This document shows positions 29,391-44,300 of a DNA stretch of 64,000 bases, piece by piece; within the stretch, counting starts at the first letter, position 1; every line of letters starts with the position of its first letter. A program made the position numbers and the translations under genes. The notes under the pieces are model-generated. The model worked only from the letters and a program-made list of their open reading frames with translations. It was not told where the DNA came from and searched no databases. Origin of the DNA: Myxococcota bacterium (GTDB lineage: Bacteria > Myxococcota_A > UBA9042 > PHBI01 > JAWLBL01); NCBI GenBank assembly GCA_041687695.1, contig JAWLBL010000002.1, positions 166,761 to 230,760 on the forward strand, written 5' to 3'.

Positions 29391-29873
29391 ATGACCTCGA
29401 CGACCCGCTCGCCCTGCCACGTCCGCCCCGCCACCGCGGCCGACGCCGACCGCCTCGTCGCCAACAACCTGGCGATGGCCCTCGAGACCGAAGGGCTGCG
29501 CCTGGACCCCGCGCGCCTGTCGGCCGGCGTCCGCGCCGTGCTCGCCGACCCCGCCAAGGGCCGCTACTTCGTCGCCGAGCGCGACGGCCGCGTCGTCGGC
29601 CAGCTGATGGTCACGACCGAGTGGTCGGACTGGCGCGACGGGCGCATCGACTGGATCCAGTCGGTCTACGTCGCCCCGGAGGCGCGGCGCACGGGCGTGT
29701 ATCGCGCGCTCTACGAGCACCTGCGCGCGCTGGCCGAGGCCGATCCCGAGGTCGTCGGCCTGCGGCTGTACGTCCATCACGACAACACCCGGGCCCAGCA
29801 GGTCTACGCGACCCTGGGCATGGCGCGCGCCGAATACGTCGTCTTCGAAGTGGATTTCGTCATCGCCCGCTGA
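29391..29873 (+). CDS. GNAT family N-acetyltransferase
   Basis: EWSDWRDG..WIQSVYV.PEARRTGVYRALY; LRLYVHHDNTRAQQVY. Confidence 0.92.
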   Translation: MTSTTRSPCHVRPATAADADRLVANNLAMALETEGLRLDPARLSAGVRAVLADPAKGRYFVAERDGRVVGQLMVTTEWSDWRDGRIDWIQSVYVAPEARRTGVYRALYEHLRALAEADPEVVGLRLYVHHDNTRAQQVYATLGMARAEYVVFEVDFVIAR

Positions 29874-30214
29874 CGCCAGGGCCGCGCGCCGGGCGGACGG
29901 CGCGTTTGCCGACCGCGCGCTTGCCCGACCCCGCCCGTTGAGCGACGCTGGGTGCGGACCTCGGGCCGACGCGGCCGATCGCGGGCCATCCGCCGTCGCC
30001 GCCCAGCTGCCCCAGCCCAGCGCGCCCCAGCGACGACCGCCCGCCCCGGGTGGCTAGCCGCCGTGTCCGCGCGCCGTGCTCTCCGCTCCCCCCGCCCTCC
30101 CCCGCAGACAGCGCTCCGCCCACGCCGCCCGCGGCGTCCGGCCCCAGGCTCGGCCGCGCGCCCCGCACGCGACACGGGCACGCGCCGTCGTGCGCGCCGC
30201 TCGCGAGGTGCCCC

Positions 30215-31699
<1,485 letters not shown>

Positions 31700-31717
31700 T
31701 CGCCGCCCTGGGACGCT

Positions 31718-32116
31718 TCAGGGCAGCGGCGGCGGCCGCACCGGCGGACGCGCGCCGATGGACTGCGCGACCTTGCGCACGTAGACGTCCTCGAGCGGAT
31801 CGGCCACCTGGTCGGCGGCCACGACGCGCAAGACCAGCGCCAGCAGCGCCTGCCGCTGCTCGTCCTCTTCGAAGCGCAGGGCCCGGCACGCGCGGACCAG
31901 GTCGAAGCGGTCGGGCTCGAACCGCGTCAGGTGGGTGACCACGGCGGCCGGCAGATTCCCCGGGCCGACGAAGTCCTCGAGGATGGCCTCGATCGCCGCG
32001 CCCTCCTGCCGATCGAAGTCCCGATCCGCGTGCGCCGCGCCCAGCAGGATGTCGGCGATGGCGCACAGCTCACGCACGTGCAGGGGCTGGGCCGGGTCTT
32101 CGTACGGGTGGGGCAT
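31718..32116 (-). CDS. TerB-family (tellurite-resistance-like) protein
   Basis: LLGAAHADRDFDRQE ... VVAADQVADPLEDVYVRKVA: paired ADxxxxxxE motifs. ATG 32116 with GGAGAGG RBS. Confidence 0.8.
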   Translation of the reverse strand: MPHPYEDPAQPLHVRELCAIADILLGAAHADRDFDRQEGAAIEAILEDFVGPGNLPAAVVTHLTRFEPDRFDLVRACRALRFEEDEQRQALLALVLRVVAADQVADPLEDVYVRKVAQSIGARPPVRPPPLP

Positions 32117-32272
32117 GGGGGGCCTCTCCGGGCGAGTGTGAAATGCCACGAAATCAGGGGTTGAATACGGCGCCCGCCCATCGGCCCGGACGCCGCCCGC
32201 GTGCCGCGGCACGGGCACGTCGCGCTGCGGGTCGGAGCGTCGCGCCGCGAATCGAAACTAAACGATCTTGTC

Positions 32273-32331
32273 GGATCCCGCGCCACTGTGTAAATGCGAA
32301 CGCCATTCACAACTGTGCACACGCGGGATCC
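32273..32331 (+). promoter_or_regulatory. Stem-loop immediately upstream of the giant gene's start codon
   Basis: GGATCCCGCG (32273-32282) and CGCGGGATCC (32322-32331) form a perfect 10-bp inverted repeat ending 2 nt before ATG 32334. Confidence 0.45.
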
Positions 32332-32333
32332 CC

Positions 32334-35300
32334 ATGTTCGCTCGACGCCTGCAGCTCTGCGCCGCCGTCGCCTTGGCCGCCGGGTTCGCCCTGCCAGCCA
32401 CCGCCTCGGCCGCCCCCCTGGTCGACCACGACGCCGGCATCTGGTTCGACACCTACGGCGACAACACCGGCATCGACACGAACGGCGGTCAGACGACCGG
32501 CGTCAAGCTCGACCCCTTCGGGCAGCTGGTCACGCTCGCCCCCGGCTTCGACGCCGGCCAGCTGGCCACCAGCGTCGTCGAGCCGTCCTCGTTCAGCGCC
32601 TGGCGGACCATCGACCTGTCGTTCACGGCCTCGGCCACCGCGGACCTCGAGGTCTGGGTGCAGGACGCCGACACCGGCACGACCACCGGCCCGCTGCCGC
32701 TCGGCCCGCCCGCGGACCCCTCCTTCGACGCCTCGGCCGACCTGTCGGGCCTCGGCACGTCGGTGCAGCGCGTCCGCGTCCTGGTGAAGCTCGCCCGCAC
32801 CGGCGCCCTGGCGCCGACGCTGCAGGACCTGCGCGTCACCTGGCAGCCCGAGTCGGTCCTGCAGATCGCCAAGGAGGCCCCCGCCTCCGCCTGCGCCGCC
32901 GACACGGTGACCGCCAAGCTCAAGGTGTCGGTCTCGTACGTCGAGGCCAGCAACCTGGTCGTCTGGGAGGCCCTGCCGACCCCCTCGGCCAACCCCTTCG
33001 GGCAGGCGGCCCCGCTCACCTTCGTCAGCGCCACCTCCGGCGGCCTGTTCAACGCGGGCGGCCCGCTCGTTATCGGTGACGTCACCGTCCCGGCGGGCGC
33101 CGTCTACTGGGTGCTCGGCGACCGGCCCAGCGGCCAGACCTTCGCTTTGTCCTACACCGTCCGCTCGCAGATGGGCACCTTCGACCAGACGGTCTTCTCT
33201 GGCGCCGCCCACGCCCAGGCCGACAACGCCGCCCAGGTCGCTTCGGCGACCGTCGGCACCACCATCACCTCGCAGCCCCAGCCCTTCCTGTTCCGCGCCA
33301 CCACCGGCACCTATCGCCTGTTCGGCAAGGACCACACCGAGGCGGGCGACGTCGTCGGCTTCACCCTGTCGGGCGGCAACTACAACGTCTGGCCGGGCAC
33401 CTGCGGCGAGACCTACTTCCAGGCCGTCCTGGTCGAGGACGTCAGCGGCCTCGTCGACCCGGCCGCCACCGACCCCGCCTTCTCCGGCGGCGCCGCCTTC
33501 GACACCCCGCCCGGCCTGCACGCCATCACGGGCGGCGGCGTCTACACGGCCACCGCCACCACCGTGAACGGCGTCGCCGTCCCCGCCCACAGCATCTACT
33601 GGGATCTCGGCCACCTCGCCGTCGGCGCCAAGTTCAACGTCGGCTACGCGGTCGATCTGAAGGCCGGCCAGCCCGACGGCCCGCTGTACGACGGCCAGTC
33701 CCTGCACACCTCGGCCACCCTGGCCTCTGGCCACGCCCCCGAGCAGGTCGTCCGCCCGCAGGAGATCGTCATCGGCGTCCCCGACGACCCCAGCGGCGCC
33801 TTCGCCAAGGGCGACAAGATCCGCGGCGTCGCCAGCGTCTCGGCCGGCAACGACAACGCCTTCATGACCATCGGCTACGGCGACACGCTGCCCTGGCTGC
33901 TCCGCACCGCCAACACCGGCGCCTCGGCCCTGAACGACGTGCTGATGGTCGACAAGATCCCCGCCGGCACCCGCTTCGTCAGCGCCTTTTTGCCCACCTC
34001 GGCCGCCGGCACCGTCCACTACCACACCGGCGGCGCCGCCAACGACGACCAGACCCCGCCCGACCTCGACGCCGCCACGGGCGTCCTCGGCGCCGGCTGG
34101 ACCACCACGCCCCCCGCCGACGCCTCCACCGTCACCTGGGTCGCCTTCCGCGTCCCCACCCTGGCCTCGCCCTACTTCCCCGACGGCGTGACGCCCTCCG
34201 ACGTCGTCGCCGAGCTGACGACCCAGGTCCTCCCGCCCGCCGACGGCTGCCCCGAGACCACGCTCACCAACCGCGGCCTCTTCTTCGCCTACGCCTACAC
34301 GCCCTTCGGCGAGACCACGCCCGAGGCCATCGCCGGCGGCCCCATCACGACCTCCGAGGTCGAGCCCGTCGTCGTCGTCCCGACCGTCCCCAGCTTCGCC
34401 TCGACCCACATCGTCGCGAGCCCCAGCACCGTCGTCGCCGGCCAGAGCGTCACCCACACCCTGTCCATCCCCAACGCCCGCCCCACCGGCGGCCCCGTCG
34501 ACCAGGCGACCCAGGTCGAGGCGACCATCCCCATGCCCACGCTGCAGGTCAACGGCGCCTCGCAGCCCCTCAGCCCCACGAACGTCACCGCCCCCGGCGG
34601 CCAGATCGACCTCACCGGGCTCCCCGGCGCCCTGGTGGTCCGCTGGCCGTCCATCGCGCCCAACCAGACCCGCACGGTCACCTTCGACCTGGCGGTCCCC
34701 AAGGGCGTCATCGACGGCACGACCTTCACCACCAGCGCCACGGTCGTCGGCCACGACGACGTCTGCGGCGTCGTGACCGGCTCGGCCGCGCGGCAGGTCA
34801 AGGTCCAGGCGACCCCCTACCTGGCCGTCACCAAGCAGGTCGACCTGTCGCTGGCCGGCCCGGGACAGGACATCAACTACACCCTGGGCTACCGCAACAG
34901 CGGCAACGCCCCGTCGACGCGCACCTGGATCGTCGACCGCGTCCCCAGCACCGTCGCCTTCCACTCGGCCGAGATCCCGGCCAACGGCGCCCAGGTCTGG
35001 TTCAGCGACGACACCCCGCCCTTCGACGCCGCCAACCCGACCACCGCCGGCCTGCCCGACGCGCTCATCCCCGGCTTCGCCTTCAGCGACGCCGTCATCC
35101 AGGCCCACTTCGTCCAGGGCTCCGTCTCGAACGGCCGCGTCGTCTCGCCCTACGGCGCCGCGACCACCTGGATCGCCTGGCTGGTCGACGACCCCGCCCT
35201 CACCCCGCCGCAGCTCGTCACCGACCAGCTCCAGCAGGTCCGCTTCCGCGTCACGACGCTCGAGGTCGCCCAGGGCACCGTGGCCACCAACGAGGCCGCC

Positions 35301-38300
35301 ATCCTGTCCAAGGAGCTGCTCCAGAGCGTCGGCAACCAGGCGCGCACCGTCATCTCCCCCGAGCCGTCGCTGGTCATCGCGGTCGACTCGCCTGACGTCG
35401 TCGGCGCCGGCGAGCCGTTCCAGTACGTCCTCACCTACGTCAACGACTCGTCGAACCCCGACACCTCCGTCGTGATCTCCCTGACGCTGCCCGACGGCGT
35501 CTTCTACGCGGGCACGTCGACCCACACGCTCAACGCGGCCGCCCAGGCCGAGCACGGCGGCAACGTCCCGATGACGCCCACCGTCTCCAACGGCGGCCAG
35601 ACCCTCACCTGGATCGTCACCGACGCGCTGGGCGGGCCGCTCGGCCAACTCGAGGGCGGCGCCTTCGTCGTGGACGTCGCGGTCGAAGCCGGCACCCCGT
35701 CGGGCACCTTCGTCACCGCCGTGGCCCAGGGCAACGCGACCAACGACGTCGGCGCGGTCGAGGTCTACGCCTCGACGACCACCCTGGTCGAGAACCCCGA
35801 CCTCGGCCTCGACCTCCTGGTCGACGACGCCGCGCCGCGCGCCGGCGAGACCGTCACCTTCACCGTGTCGCTGGTCAACGGCGGCGCCAACCGCGCCCAG
35901 GGCGTGTCGCTGACCGCGCAGCTGCCGGCCGGCCTCACCTACGTGCCGGGCACGACCCAGCTGGCGACCCCGGGGTGGGGCCTGGTCCCCGCCAGCGAGC
36001 CGACCGTCTCGGGCGGCACCCTCACCTGGTCGCTCGCGGCCGGCAACGCCCTGACCCGTCCGCCCAGCGCCCCCGGTGTCTTCCCCGGCGCCACTGGCCC
36101 CGTGCTGCTGGTCATCAAGGCGACCGTCGGCGCCTCGGTGGCGCCCGGCACGACGTTGCAGACCTGCGCCACGGTCGCGGCCACCACCGCCGAGGAGGGG
36201 CTGCTGCCCAACGACGACTGCGTGGACGTCCGCACGCCGCTGCCCGACGTCTACGTGACCAAGGCCGCGCCCGCGACCGCCAAGCCCGGCGACAAGATCG
36301 CGCTGACGCTGACCTACGGCAACCACAACAACGAGCACGCGGCCGGCGTCGTGCTGATCGACCGCCTGGCCGACGGCCCGGTGCCGGCGGGCGACGGCGC
36401 CGTCGACGTCCGCTACGTCTCGCACGTGGTGGGCGCGGGCGAGGTCGCCTGGTTCTCCAGCGCCCCGCCGACCGGCGCCCTGCCGGCCTTCGACGCGGCC
36501 GACCCGGCGGCGGACGGCTGGAGCCAGAGCCCCGGCGCGCTGGGCGGCCCGGTCACGCACGTGGCCTTCGTCGTCGGCGCCCTGCCGGCCTACGCGCCGC
36601 CGCGCACCATCGTCGTCGAGGTCGAGCTGGTCGACCCGGCGACCGGCCTGCCGCCGCAGCCGGGCAGCGCCTTCGAGGGCTGCGCGACCATCTCGGCCAC
36701 CACGCAGGACGACGACCCCAGCAACCACGAGGCCTGCGCGACCACCCAGACCCCCGGCATCGATCTGTCGCTGTCGGCCCTGTGCGAGCCGCCGGGCGCC
36801 GAGCCGGGCCTGCTGCCCGGACAGATCTGGCGCGTGACGCTGGCCTACGCCAACACCGGCACCACCACGGCCTACGGCGTGCGCCTCGGCGCCGAGCTGC
36901 CGGCCACGGCCGAGCTGGTCGCGCTCGAGGGCGACGTCGTGGCCCTGGTCGACGCGGCCGGCCAGCAGGTCGGCCCGGTGGACGTCGCCGGCCAGCGCCT
37001 GCAGGGCGTGGTGCCGGTCACCTTCGACGGCGACGGCTGGGTGCTGGGCGCGCTCGACGAGGCCAGCCCGCTGTACTACCGCAAGATCGGCCTGCGCAGC
37101 GGCGACCGCGGCCAGCTGGTCCTGACCCTGAAGGTGGGCGAGGCCGTCGCCTCGGGCGCGCAGCTGGTCGGCGCCGGCGCGGTCGCCACGGACTACCGCT
37201 TCGACTGGGTCCCTGGCGATCCGGTCGAGGAGGTCACCGCCAACAACCAGGGGTCGTGCGGCACGACCGTCTGGCGCGCCGACCCGTTCCTGGTCAAGCA
37301 CGCCCGCGTCACCGGCGACGCGCAGGCCAGCTCGGTCGGCGCCGGCGAGCGCATCGACTACCGGCTCGAGTACGGCAACGCCGGACAGTTCGTGGCGGCC
37401 GGGACCGTCATCGAGGACACCCTGCCGGCCGGGACCGCCTACGTCGTGGGCAGCCTGACCAACGTGCCCGAGGGCGCGACGGTCGAGTTCGCCGGCGCGG
37501 CCGGCTACGGCTACCAGCCGGTCGGCGCCAGCGGGACGCCCGACCCCGAGGTCAAGGCGCTGCGCATCGTGTGGCAGGACGCGCTGCCCGCGCCGGCCAA
37601 CGCCATCTTCACGCAGGACTCGGCCCTGGACTTCCAGGCGGGCGTCCATGACGGCACGGCGGCCAGCGTCGCCTACGACGCCGCCATCGCGACCGGCGCC
37701 CCGTCCGGCGCCCTGCCGACCTACACGACCGAGGTCATCCCGGGCGAGGGCGAGGGCCAGATCCTGGCCTGGCAGAAGCTGGTCATGCAGACCGTGGTCC
37801 CGGCGACCGCCGACCCGATGGCCTCGGGCAAGTTCACCGTGACGGTGCTCGACGCGGCCACCGGCGAGCCCATCGAGGGCTACGTCGACCTCGCCCCCGA
37901 CAAGTCGGGCGCCATCGATCTGTCGGATCTGGACCCGCAGGCCGTCCCCGCCATCCGCCTGCGCGCCACGTTCCCGGCCGTCGGCGGCCTCATCTGCCAG
38001 GCCGAGCTGCTGCAGACGCCCATCGCACCCAAGGGGCTGCCGATGCCGCTGCCCGCGCTCGTTCAGGCGGTCAACGGCGCCGGCGACCTCGCCGGCCTCA
38101 CCGTGCTCGAGGGCAACGTCATCACCCCCGCCGTGTGGACGAAGTCCGGGGACGGCTGGGTGACCAGCGTCATCGAGACCGGCTACGAGCAGGCCAGCGC
38201 CAACTTCATCAACGCCGAGGGCACCGTCCTCGGCTACGTGCTCGGGGGCGGGCCCGCCGTCTGGCACGTCTGGACGCCCGACGCCGCCGCCCCCGGCGGC

Positions 38301-41300
38301 TGGGCCGCGGCGACGCTGGACTTCCCCGGCGCGACGAGCGTCAACGCGCAAGCGCTGCTCGACGGCGACATCATCATCGGGACGGCTTACGTGGGGGGCG
38401 ACTCGGCCACGGCCTGGGTGCCGGCGGCCGATGGCTCGGGCGAGTGGACCCCGACGGCGCTGGACTCGGGTTCCGGCCTGAACAACAAGCTGCTGGTGGG
38501 CTGGAACCCCCAGGGTGACGCGCTGGTGACCGAGTACACCACCTGGAGCGACCGGACCACCTGGGCCTTCCACCGCGACGGAGACCAGTACACGGCGCAC
38601 CAGGTGACCGGGGCCACGAACGCGATCGACATCTCGCCGGCCCGGACGGTCATCGCCAACGCCGGCAACGCCGCGCCGCGGGCCTTCAAGTGGGACGGCC
38701 AGGCCTACACCGAGCTGGCGCTCGAGGTGCCGGCTGGCGCCACCTTCCTCAGCCTGCAGTCCATCTCCGACACCGAGGTCATCGTGGGCACGGGGTCCGT
38801 CGGCGGCGCGAATCGCTCGGTCCTGTACCTGCCCCAGGGCGACGGCTGGGAGCTCGTCGAGCTCGGCGCGCCCGGCCCCTCGTTCACCATCGAGCACGTG
38901 GACGCACAGGGCCTGGCCTACGGCTATTACTACGACGTCAACTGGGTCCCGTTCTCGGGCGTCTGGATGCCCGACGCCGGTGCGCCGAGCGGCTACACGT
39001 TCGTCGCGCTGCCGGACAGCGACGCGCTCAACTACCGCATGTACGACGTCGTGGGCGGCACCTCGGTCGTCGCGGGCGTGACCAACGGGGTGAACGGCAA
39101 CGGCCTCGAGCTGTGGCGGGCCGACGCCGCCAGCGGGACGATCGCGGGCCCGGTCGTCGTCGCGGACGGCGCGCGCGTCCAGACCACCGCGCTGCGGGAT
39201 GGCGTCGCCTACGGAATCGTCCAGACCTCCGTCACCGAGTCCGAGACCTACGCCTGGTCCCTCCAGGCCGACGGCTCCCTCACCGAGACCGCGATCCCCG
39301 ACCTGGGAGACGTGTACGAGTTCCCGGTCCAGCCCAGCTTCGGCACGTCGTCGGGCGTGGTGGTCGGCACCGCGCAGACCTTGTTCTCCAGCGAGGTCGG
39401 CGTCGTCCTGACGGCCGATCCGGGCGCCGAGGGCGGCTGGGCGATGCAGATCCTGCCGTCGCTCGGCGGCGACTACCTCACCCCGCTGCACCTCACCCGC
39501 AGCGGCCTCATCCTGGCGGTCGGCACCGACGCGGTCGGATCCAACGAGTACGGCGTGCTGGTGCCCGACGCGACGCAGCCCAGCGGCTACCGGATGGTCC
39601 CGCTCACCGCCAACGAGGAGGCGTTCTTCGCCATCGACCACCTCTCCGAGAGCGGCATCCTGGTCGGCTTCGGCTATGACGCGGTCGGCCAGCAGCAGTA
39701 CCACGCCTGGGTGCCGAACGCCGCGCTGACCGAGTGGGTGCGCGTGCCCTTCCCGGCCGGCTACGGCTTCATGCAGCTGGCCGACAGCGGCGCCATCTGG
39801 ACCAAGGGGCTCGACGGCTTCGCGGCCCTGCTGCCCCACACCGGCGGGATGGAGGTCGTCTACGCGAGCGACCTGATGGGCGAGGGCGCGAACTTCTACT
39901 TCAGCGCGCAGGTGGGCATCGCCGTCGTACGCCGCGTCCTGGCCGACGGCACCGCCGAGCAGGCCGTCTACTACGGCAACCCCTCGCGCGACCCGAGCGT
40001 GGCCGAGCTGCAGCTGCCGGCCCCGGCCGGCCCCACGACCAAGTTCGTCGGCGCCAACTCGCACGGCGCGCTGCTGGGCCTGACCCCGGTCGGCGGCGAC
40101 CAGCTCGAGTTCGGGCTGTGGATCCCGACCGACGCCTCGCTCGCCGAGTACACCTACGTCCCGGTCCTGACCGCCCCCGACGGCGCCGTCCTCGTGCAGC
40201 ACGTCGGCGACTCGTACACCCTGGCCGGCTTCGCCGAGATCGACGGCGTCAAGGTGGCTGTCGCGTGGCTGCCCGACGACCCCAAGCACCCGACGTCGTG
40301 GATCATGAGCGTCGTGCCGTTGGCTCCCAACAGCTTCGGGGCCACGGTGACGGCGGTCGGCGAGACCGGCTACCTGATCGGGACGGCCAACTACAAGGGC
40401 TACAACCAGCCGACGCTGTGGGTCCCCGACGCCTCGGACCCCTCCGGCTGGGCCTCGATGCCCTACCCCCTGTCGCCCAACCAGCTGACGGGCAACGCCA
40501 TCCTCGCCATGGCCTCCGAGGAAGCCGGCTACCACTTCGCCGGCTGCGACGTGAAGCCCTCGGCGCGCCTCGACGCCTGGCGCGTGTCCTACCGCACCGA
40601 CCGCAACCCGTCGGTCGCCTTCCAGGCCGAGGTGCTCGACCTGTGCCAGGCGACCATCACCAACACGGCCGACATCGTCACCACCACCCCCGAGGTGACC
40701 TCCGACAACAACGTCGGCGCGGCCACCCTGCCGGTGCGGACCAGCGATCTGTCGGTCGCCGTCACCGCGGACAAGTCGATCGTCGCCGAGGGCGAGACGG
40801 TCGCGCTGACCGTCACCTGGGCCAACGCCGGCCCCAGCGCCGCCCGCGACGCCCGCGTCGCGCTGGCGCTGCCCACCGGCTTCCAGCTGGCCTCGGCCTC
40901 GCCGATGCCGGTGACGGGCACCGACGGCCGCCTCACCTGGGTGCTGGGCGACCTGCCGGCCGCCCAGGGCGGGCAGGCGCAGCTGACGCTGGTCGAGAGC
41001 GGCGCCGCGCCCGACGAGCCGCTGGCCGTGGTGGCCGAGGCCCTGACGAGCAGCATCGACTGCAAGGTCGGCAACGACACCGTCGCGCAGACGCTGGTCA
41101 AGGGCGCCTGGCCCAACCTGGCGGTGACGCTGACCGGCCCCGCGACCCTCCGCGTCGGCGAGGCCGCCGAGTTCACGGCGACCCTGGTCAACGACGGCAA
41201 CGCCGTCGCCGAGGACGTCGTCCACGAGCTGGTCCTGCCGGCCGGCTTCACCCTGCAGGCCCTCGATCCGGCGGCGGACGGCCAGAGCGGCCAGACGCTG

Positions 41301-44300
41301 ACCTGGAACGTCGGGGACCTGCAGCCGGGCGCCGGCGGCACCGTGACCTTCTCGCTGCTGGCGACCGACTGCGACGCCGTGGGCGCCAAGGCCGACATCC
41401 TCGCCTCGGCGACCACGAGCAGCACCGAGACCAACGTCGTCGACAACGGCGCCGTCAAGACGGCCATCCTGCTCGAGCCGCTGGGCGCGCTGTCGGCGCA
41501 GGCCTTCGCCAACCGCGCGACCGCCGAGGCAGGCGACGAGGTCATCTACACGATGCTGGTGACCAACACCGGCGCCGCCTCGGTGGCGGCCGCGACGGCC
41601 ACGGCGGCCATCCCGGCGCACGCGACCTACGTGCCGGGCTCGGCCTCGGCCGGCGGCGTCCTTGGCGGTGGAGAGGTGGCCTGGACCCTGGGCACCCTCG
41701 AGCCGGGCGCGGTCGCGGCCCTGACCTGGCGCGTCGTCGCCACCGGCGAAGGCGATCTGCAGGGCCTGGTCGGCGCGGCCGGCGAGGGCGCCTGCCCCGT
41801 GGAGGCCCCGCTCGAGGGCACCCAGCTGACCGGCCCGGGTGTGCACCTGGTCAAGTCGGCCCAGGTGCCGTCGCTGTGCCCGTCCGCGGGCGGCGCCGTG
41901 ACCTGGACCCTGACCCTGGCCAACACGGCCGCCACCGCCGCCAGCGACGTCGTGGTGACCGACCAGGTCCCGGCCGGCATGGCCTACGTGCCCGGCAGCG
42001 TCTTCGGCGCCGGCGCGTCGGCGGCCTCGGCCCCCAGCCTGGTCTGGAACGTGGGCACCCTGGCGCCGGGCGCGGGCCTGACCCTGGGCTACCAGGCGAC
42101 GGTCGCGGGCGGCGCCGGCAAGGTGCTGACCAACCAGGCCCAGATCGCCGTGGGGGACGCCAAGTGGGCCTCGTCGACGGCGGCGGTCCTGAACGACTGC
42201 ACGCGCGTGCTGACCCTGGCCAAGGCCTGGACGGCGGCCTGCGTGCAGCCGGGCGAGCTGGTCACCGTGACGCTGCAGGCGCGCAACGGCGGGACCTCCC
42301 CGCTGACGGGCGTCTCGGTCACCGACCAGGTGCCGGCCGGGATGGCGTTCGTGAGCGCCTCGGGCGAGCACGTCCACGACCCCGAGAGCGATGCCGTGAC
42401 CTTCACGGTGCCGAGCCTGGCCGGCGGCCAGACGGCGACCCTGACGCTGACGCTGCAGGCGACCGCCGGGGCCGGCGAGGTGACCGCCAACCGGGCCAGC
42501 GCGACCGCCAAGGGGCTGCAGCCGGTGGTGTCCAACCAGGTGGCCGGCGTGGCGCTGGTGTGTGACGACGGCAACGCCTGCACGGTCGACACCTGCAGCC
42601 CGACGCTGGGCTGCGTGTTCAAGCCGGCCCAGGACGGGACGGCCTGCGACGACGGCGACGCTTGCACGCTGGCCGACAGCTGCCAGGCGGGGGCCTGCGT
42701 GGGCGCCGAGCCGGTGGTGTGCGAGGCGCTGGACCAGTGCCACACGGCGGGCGTGTGCGACCCGGCTACTGGCGTCTGCTCGAACCCGGCGGTCGAAGAC
42801 GGGGTGGCCTGCGACGACGGCGACCTGTGCACCGTCGGCGAGGCCTGCTGGGCGGGCGAGTGCGGCCAATCGGAGCCGGTCGAGTGCGTCGCCAGCGACG
42901 ACTGCCACGAGGTGGTCGGCTGCGACGCTCAGACCGGAGAGTGCCTCGAGAAGGCTCGGGACGACGGCGCCAGCTGCGACGACGGCGACCTGTGCACGAC
43001 GGTGGACGCCTGCTCGAGCGGCGTGTGCGTCGGCCAGGCGCCGGTCGAGTGCGTGGCGGCCAGCGCCTGCCACGTGCCGGGCACCTGCGACCCGGAGACC
43101 GGGATGTGCGACGACCCGGCAGCCCCGGCAGGGACGGCCTGCGACGACGGTGACCTGTGCACGACCGTCGACACCTGCGACGGCGAGGGCGCCTGCGTCG
43201 GCGTCGAGCCGGTGGTGTGCGAGGCGCTGGACCCCTGCCACCTGGCGGGCACCTGCAACCCGGCGACGGGCGTGTGCGACAACCCGGTCGCGCCGGGGGA
43301 CAGCCCGGTCGCGCTGACCCTGACCGACGTGGGCTCGCTGGGCGGCAGCGACGGCGCCATCACGGCGGCCAACGACGCCGGCCAGTTCGTCGGCTGGGCG
43401 ACCACCGCCGAGGGCGACGAGCACGCGGCGCTGTGGACCGAGGACGGCGGCCTGGTCGACCTCCACGCCGAGCTGGACCTGGGCGACGGCGACAGCCGGG
43501 CCATCGGCGTCGGCGAGGGCGGCCACGTGCTGCTGGCCCTCGCCATCGAGGGCGGGGCCAAGCTGCTGCTGCGCGCGCCCGACGGGGCGGCGACCGAGCT
43601 GTGGGCGGTGGCCAACCTGGCCCCGACCGTGTTCGGGCCCAATGAAGGCGGCCTGGTGGCCGGTGCTGGCATCGACGGTCTCTTCGTCGGCGACGTGGCG
43701 GGCGCGCAGGCCATCGAGCTGCCCGAGGGCGCCACCGCGGCCACGCTGGTCGGGCTGAACGATCAGGATCAGGTCGCCGGCTCCTTCTCCGAGGACGGCA
43801 GCGTCCAGACCTTCATCTGGACCGTCGACGGCGGGGTCCTGTTCGCTCCGACCCAGGCGGGCGAGGACGCCGAGGCGGTGGGCCTCAACGGCGCCGGCCA
43901 GGTCGCCGGGACCTGGAGCGACGCGACGACCGCCAAGCTCTTCGTCTGGACGCCGGGCGGCGACTTCACGCTCCTCGAGGGCCCGGAGTCCCCCTACGCC
44001 CTCGGCATCGGCGAAGGCGGCCACGTCATCGGCGGCTACTACGACGGCGTCACCGGGGGCGGGATCGTCTGGGCGCCGGGCGACGCCGAGGTCACCGACC
44101 TGGGCTCGCTGGGCGGCGGGGAGCTCACCCCCGTCGCCGTCAACGCCCAGGGCCACGTGGTCGGCTACGCCGAGACCGCCTGGGGCGCCGTGCACGCCTT
44201 CGGCTGGAGCGCCTCGAGCGGCCTCGAGGGCCTGGGCGCGCTGGGCGGCGACCTGTCGCGCGCCTTCGCCATCAACGACGCCGGCCATGCGCTCGGCCAC

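Noticed and set aside
32195..32230. Sigma-54-like GGCACG motifs upstream of the giant gene (similar near-matches at ~26150 and ~56590)
   Set aside because: The GG-to-GC spacing is off by one base, which -24/-12 promoters do not tolerate.
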